This document shows positions 22,814 to 31,300 of a stretch of 64,000 nucleotides of DNA, one piece after another. The stretch is taken from the NCBI GenBank assembly GCA_963778025.1, contig CAVZTA010000003.1, positions 442,751 to 506,750 of the forward strand. Reading direction: 5' to 3'. The DNA comes from an uncultured Chloroflexia bacterium (GTDB lineage Bacteria > Chloroflexota > Limnocylindria > Limnocylindrales > CSP1-4). Made by a program: the position numbers and the translations under genes. Below the pieces are notes generated by a model. It was not told the DNA's origin. It saw only the letters and a program-made list of their open reading frames with translations, and did not search any database. Positions within the stretch are counted from its first letter, which is position 1. Each line of letters starts with the position of its first letter.

Positions 22814-23005
22814 ATGTGTCTGACCTGTGGCTGCATGGACGCCCACAAGGACATGGGCGAGTCCAACATCCGGTACGAGGATCTGAAGCGCGCCGCCGAC
22901 GAGAACGGCCGATCGGTCGCCGAGACGATCTCGATCATGGAGCGGACCGAGGCCAAGGATCGTCAGGAGCACACCCAGGAGTACGCGTCCGCCGGCGACC
23001 GCTGA
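22814..23005 (+). CDS. small Cys-rich protein (63 aa, N-terminal MCLTCGCMDAH), unknown function
   Basis: GAGGAG RBS 8 nt upstream and high GC3. C2/C5/C7/H11 cluster followed by a charged helical tail. Confidence 0.45.
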   Translation: MCLTCGCMDAHKDMGESNIRYEDLKRAADENGRSVAETISIMERTEAKDRQEHTQEYASAGDR

Positions 23006-23054
23006 CGGGCCGCCGGCGAATGCCGGTCGAGCCGGCCGCGGGACCCTCGCGCAC

Positions 23055-23516
23055 GTGACCCTCACGATCCGTCGCGCGACCGGAGACGACGCCGAGGCCG
23101 TCGCGGACGTGTGGCTCCGGTCGTTCGCGTCCGCGTACGCGTTCCCGCCGGCCCACCCGGACGATGACGTCCGACGCTGGATCCGCGACGAGCTGATCCC
23201 GAGTCACGAAACCTGGGTCGCCGAGGACGAGCGCGGGGTCGTCGGGCTGCTCGCGCTCGCGCCCGGCTGGGTCGACCAGCTGTACGTCGATCCGGTCGCC
23301 CAGGGCGAGGGGATCGGGCGGCGCCTGCTGGAGCGTGCGCAGGCGCTCGACACGACCGGCGAGCTGCAGCTGTGGACGTTCCAGGCGAACGACCGCGCGC
23401 GCCGCTTCTACGCGCGGAACGGGTTCGTCGAGGTGGAGTTGACGGACGGCGCGGGCAACGAGGAGCGTCAGCCGGATGTGCGCCTCGTGTGGCGCCGGGA
23501 CGCCGCCGCCGGCTGA
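23055..23516 (+). CDS. GNAT family N-acetyltransferase
   Basis: Acetyl-CoA binding motif (QLYVDPVAQGEGIGRRLLERA...RFYARNGF). Confidence 0.85.
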   Translation: MTLTIRRATGDDAEAVADVWLRSFASAYAFPPAHPDDDVRRWIRDELIPSHETWVAEDERGVVGLLALAPGWVDQLYVDPVAQGEGIGRRLLERAQALDTTGELQLWTFQANDRARRFYARNGFVEVELTDGAGNEERQPDVRLVWRRDAAAG

Positions 23517-23627
23517 CGGCGCGCGTGGCTGCTCACCCGATGCGCAAGACGGCGGTCGGTCGGTGCCCGGTGATCACTCCTGCGGCGCCTGGCGCGCAGA
23601 ACGAGCATCCATGGTCGCGGCCTCTGG

Positions 23628-24450
23628 TCAGGAAACCACGAACCCCTTCGGGATGTCCTCCTCGACCGGCGGGTACTTCGGATCCAGATCGTCGAGCGTG
23701 TCGGCCACGATGCCCGCCACGGCGAGGTTCCGGAACCAGTTGCGATCGGCCGGGATGACGTACCACGGCGCCTGCTCGGTCGAGGTCTTGTCGAGCATGT
23801 CCTCATACGCCGCGCGGTAGTCGTCCCAGAGCTTCCGCTCGTCGAGATCGCCCATCCGGAACTTCCAGCGCTTCGTCGGGTCGTCGACGCGGTCCTGGAA
23901 GCGCTGGCGCTGCTCGTCCTTCGAGATCGCCAGAAAGAACTTCAGGATGGTCGTGCCCTCGTCGACCAGCATCCCTTCGAAGGCGTTGATCTGGTCGTAC
24001 CGCTTCGACCAGCGCTCCTTCGGTGCGAAGCCGTGGACGCGGACGACGAGCACGTCCTCGTAGTGGGAGCGGTTGAAGATCGCGATCTCGCCATCGCCCG
24101 GGACATGGGGATGGACGCGCCACAGGTAGTCGTGGGCGAGCTCCTGGGGCGTCGGCACCTTGAAGCTCGTGACCGAGCAGCCCATCGGATTGAACGCGCT
24201 CATCACGTGACGCACCGTGCCGTCCTTGCCGGCGGCGTCGATGCCCTGCAGGACGATCGAGCACGCGGTGCTTGCCCTCGGCCCACAGGCGGTCCTGCAG
24301 CGAGGTCAGGCGGTCGAGATCCTTGGCCAGCGTCGCCGCGGCCGAGTCCTTGTGCCGGCCGTGGGTCGCGCCGGTGTCGAACGTCGCGAGGTCGACCTTC
24401 GACCCGGGCTTCACGCGCAGCGCGTCGCGCAGGGGCGGCAGCTTCGCCAT
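23628..24450 (-). CDS. polyphosphate kinase 2 (apparent 1-nt insertion near 24268)
   Basis: The N-terminal 70 aa are in ORF 23803..24450. Walker A (VLQGIDAAGKDGTVRHV) and the rest of the PPK2 domain (...FNRSHYEDVLVVRVHG...) are in ORF 23628..24215. Removing one base at ~24268 restores LIVLQGIDAAGKDG. Confidence 0.8.
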
Positions 24451-24491
24451 CGATCCCTCCTTCGATGGCGAAGCCTACCCGTCGATCTGGG

Positions 24492-24998
24492 TCAGGGGAG
24501 GCTGACGGAGCCCGTGAACCAGAAGTTCAGTTCGTCGCCGGCGAGGACGCTGGCGCCGGTGCCGCCACCGGTCGCCCCCGTGAAGGTCCCTGTCCCGCCC
24601 GTCACGATCCACGTGAACGTGTCCCGGTTGGGCCGGCCGGTGCGCTGCGGCAAGCCGGGTGCGTCGTGCGAGTTCCCCGGGTACGCATTGGCCGTGTGCG
24701 TCTCCGCCAGGTCGAGGGTGCTGCCGTCAGCGAACGTCAGCGTCCGGACGCCCGTGAGGCCCCCCGCGGCATAGATCGCCTGGGAGGACACCGTCCCATA
24801 TCCCTGGACCGGGCCGTCGCCATCGCATCGCAGCCCAGCCGCGACGACGACGCACGTCCGGCCGGAGGTCCGGCGGCCGAAGTCCTCGTGGATCACCGCC
24901 TTGAACGAGCTCGTCGCCCCGAGCACCGGCCCGGCGAGCACGGCCAGGAGCGACACCGTCGCACCGAGCGCCACGAACCGACGAAGCATCGGACCCAC
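24492..24998 (-). CDS. secreted protein, unknown function (paralog 1)
   Basis: Signal peptide MGPMLRRFVALGATVSLLAVLAGPVLGA. Conserved AVIHEDFGRR, TFADGST and TFTWIVTGGTG.FTGATGGGTG motifs are shared with the adjacent gene. Confidence 0.7.
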   Translation of the reverse strand: MGPMLRRFVALGATVSLLAVLAGPVLGATSSFKAVIHEDFGRRTSGRTCVVVAAGLRCDGDGPVQGYGTVSSQAIYAAGGLTGVRTLTFADGSTLDLAETHTANAYPGNSHDAPGLPQRTGRPNRDTFTWIVTGGTGTFTGATGGGTGASVLAGDELNFWFTGSVSLP

Positions 24999-25080
24999 CC
25001 CCTACGTCGCCCCGTGTCGCCCGGCACGGGGGGTTCGCTATCGACCCCTCTTCGACGGCGAAGCGTAGCGCCGTGTCCCG

Positions 25081-25575
25081 TCAGGAGGGGGAGACCGTGC
25101 CTTCGAAGCGGAAGGTCAGCGCGTCGCCGGCGAACACCGCCGTGCCGGTCCCGCCGCCGGTCGCGCCCGCGAGCCCGCCCGTCGCGCCGACGATCACCCA
25201 GGTGAAGGTGGCGCGGCTGGGATTGCCGTAGCTGACCTGACTGCCCGGGGTGTTGGCCGAGTTGCCCGGGAACGTCGAGTCGCTGTAGGTCTCGAGCAGG
25301 CTGACCGTGCTGCCGTCGGCGAACGTGATCGTCCGGGTCACCGTCGGGCCCGGGACGTAATCGGCCAGGCTGGTCACCGGTCCGACGGTGGCGACGACGC
25401 CGTCGCCGGCGCAGGTCGCGCCCACCGGGAGGATCGGCGTGCACGGCCGTGCCGATGCGCGGCGCCCGAAGTCCTCGTGGATGACGGCACGGATGGTGCT
25501 GGGCGCGGCGAGCGCGGGTCCCGCGAATGCGGCCAGGAGCACCAGGGCGCCAGCGAGCGCCGCGAATCGACCCAT
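25081..25575 (-). CDS. secreted protein, unknown function (paralog 2)
   Basis: Internal ATG at 25575 with a GAGGAGGGG RBS. Signal peptide MGRFAALAGALVLLAAFAGPALA. Same motifs as the 24492..24998 product. Confidence 0.65.
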   Translation of the reverse strand: MGRFAALAGALVLLAAFAGPALAAPSTIRAVIHEDFGRRASARPCTPILPVGATCAGDGVVATVGPVTSLADYVPGPTVTRTITFADGSTVSLLETYSDSTFPGNSANTPGSQVSYGNPSRATFTWVIVGATGGLAGATGGGTGTAVFAGDALTFRFEGTVSPS

Positions 25576-25780
25576 ATCGGGCCCCTCCTCTTGCGTGGGC
25601 CGGGCCCGCGCCCCTCGACGCGGGCACCGATGCCTCGACTCTAGGCGGGCCCCGTCGCGTGGCCGTCCGGTCGCACGTCGGGCGGTGCCTCCGCGCACCA
25701 TCGGCGTGGGCGGGTCGGCCGTGTGTCGGGCATAGACTTGCGAGCGCCCGCCCTGAACGCGCATCTGCAGGAGCAGCCAG

Positions 25781-27226
25781 ATGGCCACCGTCGCCGGCAC
25801 GAAGCCGCACCCGATCTATCTCGCCGGCCAGTGGGTCGAATCGTCGGACCCGCTCGAGGTGGCGAACCCCGCCAAGCCCGACGAGCCTGCGGGCGCGACC
25901 TTCAACGCCACGCCCGAGCAGTACGAGCAGGCTGTCACCGCCGCGCAGCGCGCGTTCGACGTCACACGCAAGCTGCCCGCCTACGAACGCGGCCGGATCC
26001 TGCGCGACATCAGCGCGGGCATCAAGGCGCGGCGCGAGGAGCTGGGCCGCCTCATCGCGCTGGAGGCGGGCAAGCCGATCCGCGACGCGCTGGTCGAGGT
26101 GGACCGCGCGGCGCTCACGTTCCGGCTGGGCGCGGAAGAGGCGGAGCGGATGCACGGCGAGGTCATCCCGCTCGACCTGCTGCCGTCGTCCAAGGACCGG
26201 GTGGGCATCACGCGCCGCTTCCCCATCGGCCCGATCGCGGGCATCTCGCCGTTCAACTTCCCGCTGAACCTGGCGGCGCACAAGATCGCGCCGGCCATCG
26301 CGTCGGGCAACCCGATCGTCCTCAAGCCGCCGTCCAAGGACCCCCTCACGATGCTCACCGTCGCCGAGATCATCGACGGGGTGGGTGTCCCGGAGGGCTC
26401 GGTCAGCATCCTGCCGATGACCCGCGAGCTGGGCGACCGGATGGTCGAGGACGACCGGTTCAAGCTGCTCACCTTCACCGGCTCGCCGTCCGTCGGCTGG
26501 CGGATGAAGGAGCGAGCCGGCAAGAAGAAGGTGGTGCTCGAGCTCGGCGGGAATGCCGGGGTCATCGTCGACAAGTCGGCGGATCTCGACTGGGCGGTCA
26601 AGCGGACGCTGGTCGGCGCGTTCTCGTACGCGGGGCAGGTGTGCATCAGCGTGCAGCGGATGTTCGTCCACGCGGAGATCTGGGACGCGTTCATGGGCAA
26701 GTTCGTCGAGGGTGCCCGGGCGCTCAAGGTGGGCGACCCGCTCGACGCGACCACGGATGTCGGCCCGATGGTCGATGCCAACGCCGCGGCGCGGACGCAG
26801 CGCTGGGTCGACGAGGCGCTCGCGTTGGGCGGCAAGGCGCTGCTCGGTGGCCACGCGGAGGGCAGCTACTTCCCGCCGACGATCCTGACCGACGTCCCGA
26901 TCCATGCCCAGGTCTGCTCCAACGAGGCGTTCGCGCCGCTCGTGGTCGCCTTCCCGTTCACGGATCTGGGCGACGCCGTCCGGCAGGTCAACGACTCGTT
27001 CTTCGGGCTCCAGACCGGCGTGTTCACGAACGATCTCGGCGCGGCGTGGTCGGCGTTCGGCGAGCTGGAGGTCGGCGGCGTCATCGTCAACGACGTCCCG
27101 ACCTACCGGATCGACCACATGCCGTACGGCGGCGTGAAGGACTCCGGCCTCGGCCGTGAGGGCCTCCGCTGGGCGATGGACGACATGACCGAGCTGCGGA
27201 TCATGGTGCTCGCCTGGCCCCAGTAA
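25781..27226 (+). CDS. NAD(P)-dependent aldehyde dehydrogenase
   Basis: 481 aa with ALDH motifs (VVLELGGNAG..., catalytic Cys in FSYAGQVCISVQR, and VGDPLDATTDVGPMV). Confidence 0.9.
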   Translation: MATVAGTKPHPIYLAGQWVESSDPLEVANPAKPDEPAGATFNATPEQYEQAVTAAQRAFDVTRKLPAYERGRILRDISAGIKARREELGRLIALEAGKPIRDALVEVDRAALTFRLGAEEAERMHGEVIPLDLLPSSKDRVGITRRFPIGPIAGISPFNFPLNLAAHKIAPAIASGNPIVLKPPSKDPLTMLTVAEIIDGVGVPEGSVSILPMTRELGDRMVEDDRFKLLTFTGSPSVGWRMKERAGKKKVVLELGGNAGVIVDKSADLDWAVKRTLVGAFSYAGQVCISVQRMFVHAEIWDAFMGKFVEGARALKVGDPLDATTDVGPMVDANAAARTQRWVDEALALGGKALLGGHAEGSYFPPTILTDVPIHAQVCSNEAFAPLVVAFPFTDLGDAVRQVNDSFFGLQTGVFTNDLGAAWSAFGELEVGGVIVNDVPTYRIDHMPYGGVKDSGLGREGLRWAMDDMTELRIMVLAWPQ

Positions 27227-27268
27227 GAGCGTGGCGGCCGACAGGGCCGCTCGAGGGCCGGTCAGCCG

Positions 27269-27706
27269 GTGAGACGACCGTTGGCGGCGTCCCTCGTGGC
27301 GCTCCTCGTCGCCGCGTGTGGTGCGATCCCAGGCGTGGGACCCGCGGACCCGGCGACGATCCCGGACTTCGGTGCGAGCAACGAGACGAAGCTCGACATC
27401 GGGCTGTTCGTGAACGGGCAGCTGGTCGCCAAGCTTGCGCCCGGTCAGTCCATCGACCCGACGACCACGGCGATGCCACCCCTGCCATGGGCTGTCGAGG
27501 CGCGGTCGGCCACCGGGCGGGTGCTCGGATCGACGAGGGTCGAGCCGGGCGGGGCCACGTGCACGCCCGCCGCGGCGGGGGTCGAGCGATGCAGTGGCGC
27601 GCTGATCCTCGTCACGCTCGTGTGCGGGCGGTTCGAGTTCTTCGCGGGTACGGTCCCCGCGATCCCCGCGCCCGTACCGGGAGTGGGCGATCCCTGCACA
27701 CCGTGA
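27269..27706 (+). CDS. lipoprotein, unknown function
   Basis: MRRPLAASLVALLVAACGA contains a lipobox. Confidence 0.55.
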   Translation: MRRPLAASLVALLVAACGAIPGVGPADPATIPDFGASNETKLDIGLFVNGQLVAKLAPGQSIDPTTTAMPPLPWAVEARSATGRVLGSTRVEPGGATCTPAAAGVERCSGALILVTLVCGRFEFFAGTVPAIPAPVPGVGDPCTP

Positions 27707-27813
27707 GGGCTCGCCAGTCGTCCCCGGTTCGCCGCTCCGACATGAGCGTCGCGCGTCCCGCGACCCGGGACACGAAGGGGACGCGCGAGCACGAGCCGTG
27801 AGACTCGGCCGCG

Positions 27814-28995
27814 ATGGATCTCGCCCTCACGCCGGCCCAGCTGGAGCTCCAGGCGCGCGCCCGCGCGTTCGTGGTCGACGTCCTCCAGCCGCTCGAAGTC
27901 GACTTCGAGCGCTCCGGCGGCCGCCTCGACCCAGCCGTCGAACGCGACCTCAAGCGCCGCGCCATCGCCGCGAACCTCCACGGCGGCAGCTTCCCTGCGA
28001 AGCTCGGCGGGCAGGGCTGGAGCGCGCTGGACCAGGTGCTCGTCCACGAGCAGTTCGGCCAGGTCACGGGCGGCCTGTGGGGGCTGATCCCGGGTGCCTA
28101 CAACGCGCTCATCCACGCCGACGATGAGCAGCGCCGCCGCTACCTCGATCCGTCGCTCCGGGGTGAGCGCAACGGCAGCTACGCCATCACGGAGGCCGGC
28201 GCCGGCTCCGATGCGCGTGCCCTGACGGCCACCGCCGTTCGGGATGACGCCACCGGCGACTACGTCCTGAACGGCGAGAAGTGGTTCGTGACCGGCGCGC
28301 CGGACACGGATTTCATGCTCTTCCACTGCCACGTCATCCAGGCCGAAGGGGCGGACCGTCTGCCGACGCTGTTCCTCGTCGATTACGACACGCCCGGCGT
28401 GCGGGTCCAGCACGACCCCGACTACATGCACACGTTCGCGGATCGCCACCCGCAGTTCGTCCTTGAGGACGTCCGCGTCCCGTCAAGCGCGGTCCTGGGC
28501 GGCATCGGCAAGGCCGACGAGCTGACCAACGAGTGGTTCGTCGAGGAGCGGCTGCATATCGGCGCCCGCTGCACCGGTGCGATGGAGCGACTGCTGGCCC
28601 TCGCCGTCGACTTCGCCACCCAGCGCCGCCAGTTCGGCGAGCGGATCTACGACTTCCAGGGCGTGAGCTTCCCGCTCGCGGACTCGGCAGCCGACGCCTC
28701 GGCCGCCCGGCTGCTCACCCGCGAGGCCGCCTGGCTCGCCGACAGCGGCGCGGATGCGAAGGTCGTCCATGCCAAGGCATCGCTCGCGAAGCTGTTCGCG
28801 TCCGAGGCCGCCTTCCGCTGCGCCGACCGGGTCGTCCAGGTGTTCGGCGGTCGCGGCTACATGCGTGAGAACCCGGCCGAGCGCTTCTTCCGGGAGCTGC
28901 GCGTCGACCGCATCTGGGAGGGCACCTCGGAGATCCAGCGCCTCATCGTCGCGCGGGCGCTCGAGAAGCGCGGCGTCGATCGCGTCGTCGGCTAG
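27814..28995 (+). CDS. acyl-CoA dehydrogenase
   Basis: 393 aa with N-terminal, middle and C-terminal ACAD domains (...YAITEAGAGSDARAL...FGGRGYMRENPAERFFRELRVDRIWEGTSEIQ). Confidence 0.9.
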   Translation: MDLALTPAQLELQARARAFVVDVLQPLEVDFERSGGRLDPAVERDLKRRAIAANLHGGSFPAKLGGQGWSALDQVLVHEQFGQVTGGLWGLIPGAYNALIHADDEQRRRYLDPSLRGERNGSYAITEAGAGSDARALTATAVRDDATGDYVLNGEKWFVTGAPDTDFMLFHCHVIQAEGADRLPTLFLVDYDTPGVRVQHDPDYMHTFADRHPQFVLEDVRVPSSAVLGGIGKADELTNEWFVEERLHIGARCTGAMERLLALAVDFATQRRQFGERIYDFQGVSFPLADSAADASAARLLTREAAWLADSGADAKVVHAKASLAKLFASEAAFRCADRVVQVFGGRGYMRENPAERFFRELRVDRIWEGTSEIQRLIVARALEKRGVDRVVG

Positions 28996-28997
28996 CC

Positions 28998-31256
28998 ATG
29001 GCCGATGTCCGCGCGACCGTCCGACCCGCCGGCCAGATGGCCCCGGCCCGCATGCCCCGGCGCGCCATCGACCTCGGGGCCCTGTTCGCGCCTCGCTCGA
29101 TCGCCGTCGTCGGGGCCAGCCCGCGCAGCGGCATCGCCCAGACGGTGCGCGACAACGTCGGCGTCATGGGTGGCGACACCCCGGTCCGGTTCGTCAATCC
29201 CCGCTACCCCGAGATCGACGGCACGCCGACGTTCGCGAGCCTCGCCGACCTGCCGGAGCCCGCCGATCAGGTCATCCTCGCGGTGAACCCGCTGCGTGCG
29301 GCCCGGTTCGCGGAGGAGGCGGCGCTCGCCGGTGCGCGCAGCGTCGTCATCCCGGGCGGCGGCGTCGTCGAGGGTGGCGCCGGGGCCGAGCAGATGCAGC
29401 GCGACGTCCGGCGCCTGGGGCAGGAGCACGGGCTGACCGTGCTCGGGCCCAACTGCATGGGCTGGGTCGACTGGACGACGCGGAGCGCGGCGTACATCGG
29501 CGACGTCTCGCCGTATCTCCCGCGCGGCCACGTCGCGGGCCTCGCGCAGTCGGGCAGCGTGACCGATGCGTTCATCCACACCGGCACGCGGATCGGGTTC
29601 TCGCGCATCGTGTCCGTCGGCGCGGAGGCGGTGCTCGACCTGTGCGACTACCTCGCGTACTGCCTCGACGACCCCGAGACGCATGCCGTGATGCTGTTCG
29701 TCGAAGGCTTCAAGCGGCCCGAGCGATTCCTCGCGCTCGCCGACCACGCGCTGGCCATCGGCAAGCCGATCCTCGCGGTGAAGGTCGGGCGCAGCGACCA
29801 GGCGCAGGCGGCGGCCGTGGCGCACAGCGGCAATCTCGCCGGCGAGGACCGGGTCACCGACGCGGCGCTCGAGGCCGCCGGCGTCGTCCGGTGCGGCGAT
29901 CTCGACGAGCTCCACGAGGCGGCCGAGCTGTTCGCGGCGACCGGGCGCCTGGGCCGGGGTGCCGGCCGAGGCCGGACCGGCGTGGTCACGGTGTCCACCG
30001 GCGAGGCCTCCCTCATCGCGGACCTCGTGCCACGGACCGGCGTCGACCTTCCGCCCATCCCGGACGCTGCCCGCGCCGCGCTGCTGGACCGGCTGCCCAC
30101 GATGGGCTACATCGGCAACCCGCTCGACCCCTGGGGTGCGGACGATCCCGAGCCCGCGTATCGCGCGGCGTTCGAGGTGCTCGCGGAGTCCGGTGCGTAC
30201 GACGTGCTGGTGCTCGTGCACGACTCGCCGTATCGCGAGCTGCCGAGCGAGGTCGACACGGCCGAGACCGTCGTGCGACCGCTGATCGACGCCACGCGCG
30301 ACCGCCCGGAGCTGCTGCCGGTGTACGTGAGCCTCACGAGCGGCGAGGTGAGTGCCGCGATGCAGGCGACGCTCGATGCCGCGGGTGGGATCCCGCTGCT
30401 CCGCGGCGCGGTCGAGGCGTTCGCGGCCATCGCGCGACGGGCGTGGTGGGAGCGACAGCATGCGGCGCGGCAGACGCGAGAGCCCGCCCGTCGTGGCTGG
30501 CCCCGGCTGGCGGCCGATCGCACCGCCTGGGCCGACGACCCGGAGCCGGACCCGGCCGCCCGCTCGAGCGAAGCGGCAGCCCGACCCCGGGCGCTGTCGG
30601 AACGCGAGAGCCTCGCGCTCCTCGGTGAGGCCGGGGTCCCGGTCACGCGGTGCGCGCCCGCCCGCGACGCGGACGCCGCCATCGCCGCCTGGCGCGCATT
30701 CGGGGGCGGGGCGGTGGCCGTGAAGCTGGACGCCGACGGCCTTGCGCACAAGTCGGACATCGGCGGCGTGCGACTGGGCCTGACCGACGCCGATGCGATC
30801 CGAAGCGCGACGGATGCGGTGCTGGCGGCCGGCCCGGCCGCGGGCGCCACCGTGCGTGGGGTCCTCGTCCAGCCGATGGCCCCGCCGGGCGTCGAGCTCA
30901 TCGTCGGGGCGCGCCGCGATGCGGTGTTCGGGCCCGCCGTCCTGGTGGGGCTGGGCGGGATCCTGGCCGAGGTCCTCGATGACGTCGCCGTCGCCCTGGC
31001 GCCGATCGACCGGGAGCGGGCGCGACGGCTCATCGACCGCCTCCACGGCGCGGCGATCCTGCACGGACTCCGAGGCCGGCCCGGGATCGAGGTCGACGCG
31101 GTCGCTCGGCTCCTGGTCGCGCTCGGCGAGCTCATCGTCGCTCGCGAGGACATCCTCGAGGTCGACCTCAACCCGGTCATCGCGTCGCCCGACGGCGTCG
31201 TGGCCGTGGATGCCCTCGTGGTGCTCGACGCGCGCGACCGACCCCCCACGCGGTAG
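28998..31256 (+). CDS. ADP-forming acyl-CoA synthetase (fused CoA-binding, ligase-CoA and ATP-grasp domains)
   Basis: N-terminal CoA-binding region (PRSIAVVGASPRSG...) and C-terminal ATP-grasp (ESLALLGEAGVPV...AVAVKLDADGLAHKSDIGGVRLGL). 752 aa, intact. Confidence 0.85.
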   Translation: MADVRATVRPAGQMAPARMPRRAIDLGALFAPRSIAVVGASPRSGIAQTVRDNVGVMGGDTPVRFVNPRYPEIDGTPTFASLADLPEPADQVILAVNPLRAARFAEEAALAGARSVVIPGGGVVEGGAGAEQMQRDVRRLGQEHGLTVLGPNCMGWVDWTTRSAAYIGDVSPYLPRGHVAGLAQSGSVTDAFIHTGTRIGFSRIVSVGAEAVLDLCDYLAYCLDDPETHAVMLFVEGFKRPERFLALADHALAIGKPILAVKVGRSDQAQAAAVAHSGNLAGEDRVTDAALEAAGVVRCGDLDELHEAAELFAATGRLGRGAGRGRTGVVTVSTGEASLIADLVPRTGVDLPPIPDAARAALLDRLPTMGYIGNPLDPWGADDPEPAYRAAFEVLAESGAYDVLVLVHDSPYRELPSEVDTAETVVRPLIDATRDRPELLPVYVSLTSGEVSAAMQATLDAAGGIPLLRGAVEAFAAIARRAWWERQHAARQTREPARRGWPRLAADRTAWADDPEPDPAARSSEAAARPRALSERESLALLGEAGVPVTRCAPARDADAAIAAWRAFGGGAVAVKLDADGLAHKSDIGGVRLGLTDADAIRSATDAVLAAGPAAGATVRGVLVQPMAPPGVELIVGARRDAVFGPAVLVGLGGILAEVLDDVAVALAPIDRERARRLIDRLHGAAILHGLRGRPGIEVDAVARLLVALGELIVAREDILEVDLNPVIASPDGVVAVDALVVLDARDRPPTR

Positions 31257-31300
31257 GTCCGCGGCAGGTCGAGCCGCCCACCGCCGATACACTCGGCCCG

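Noticed and set aside
22814-23005. HypC/HybG hydrogenase chaperone identity for the MCLTCGC... small protein
   Set aside because: Only the N-terminal Met-Cys is shared. The rest is a charged helical sequence unlike the HypC beta-barrel, and no hydrogenase genes are nearby.
24893-27118. 741-aa ORF on the minus strand spanning the aldehyde dehydrogenase gene. Similar long ORFs lie antisense to real genes: 30107..33274(-) 1055 aa, 4275..6854(+) 859 aa, 34020..36143(+) 707 aa, 15693..17801(-) 702 aa, 17597..19879(-) 760 aa and 28992..31292(-) 766 aa.
   Set aside because: Products are Arg/Gly/Asp/Pro-rich and low-complexity with no domain signatures. They lie exactly antisense to well-supported genes. 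This is the expected stop-codon-poor artefact of about 72% GC DNA.
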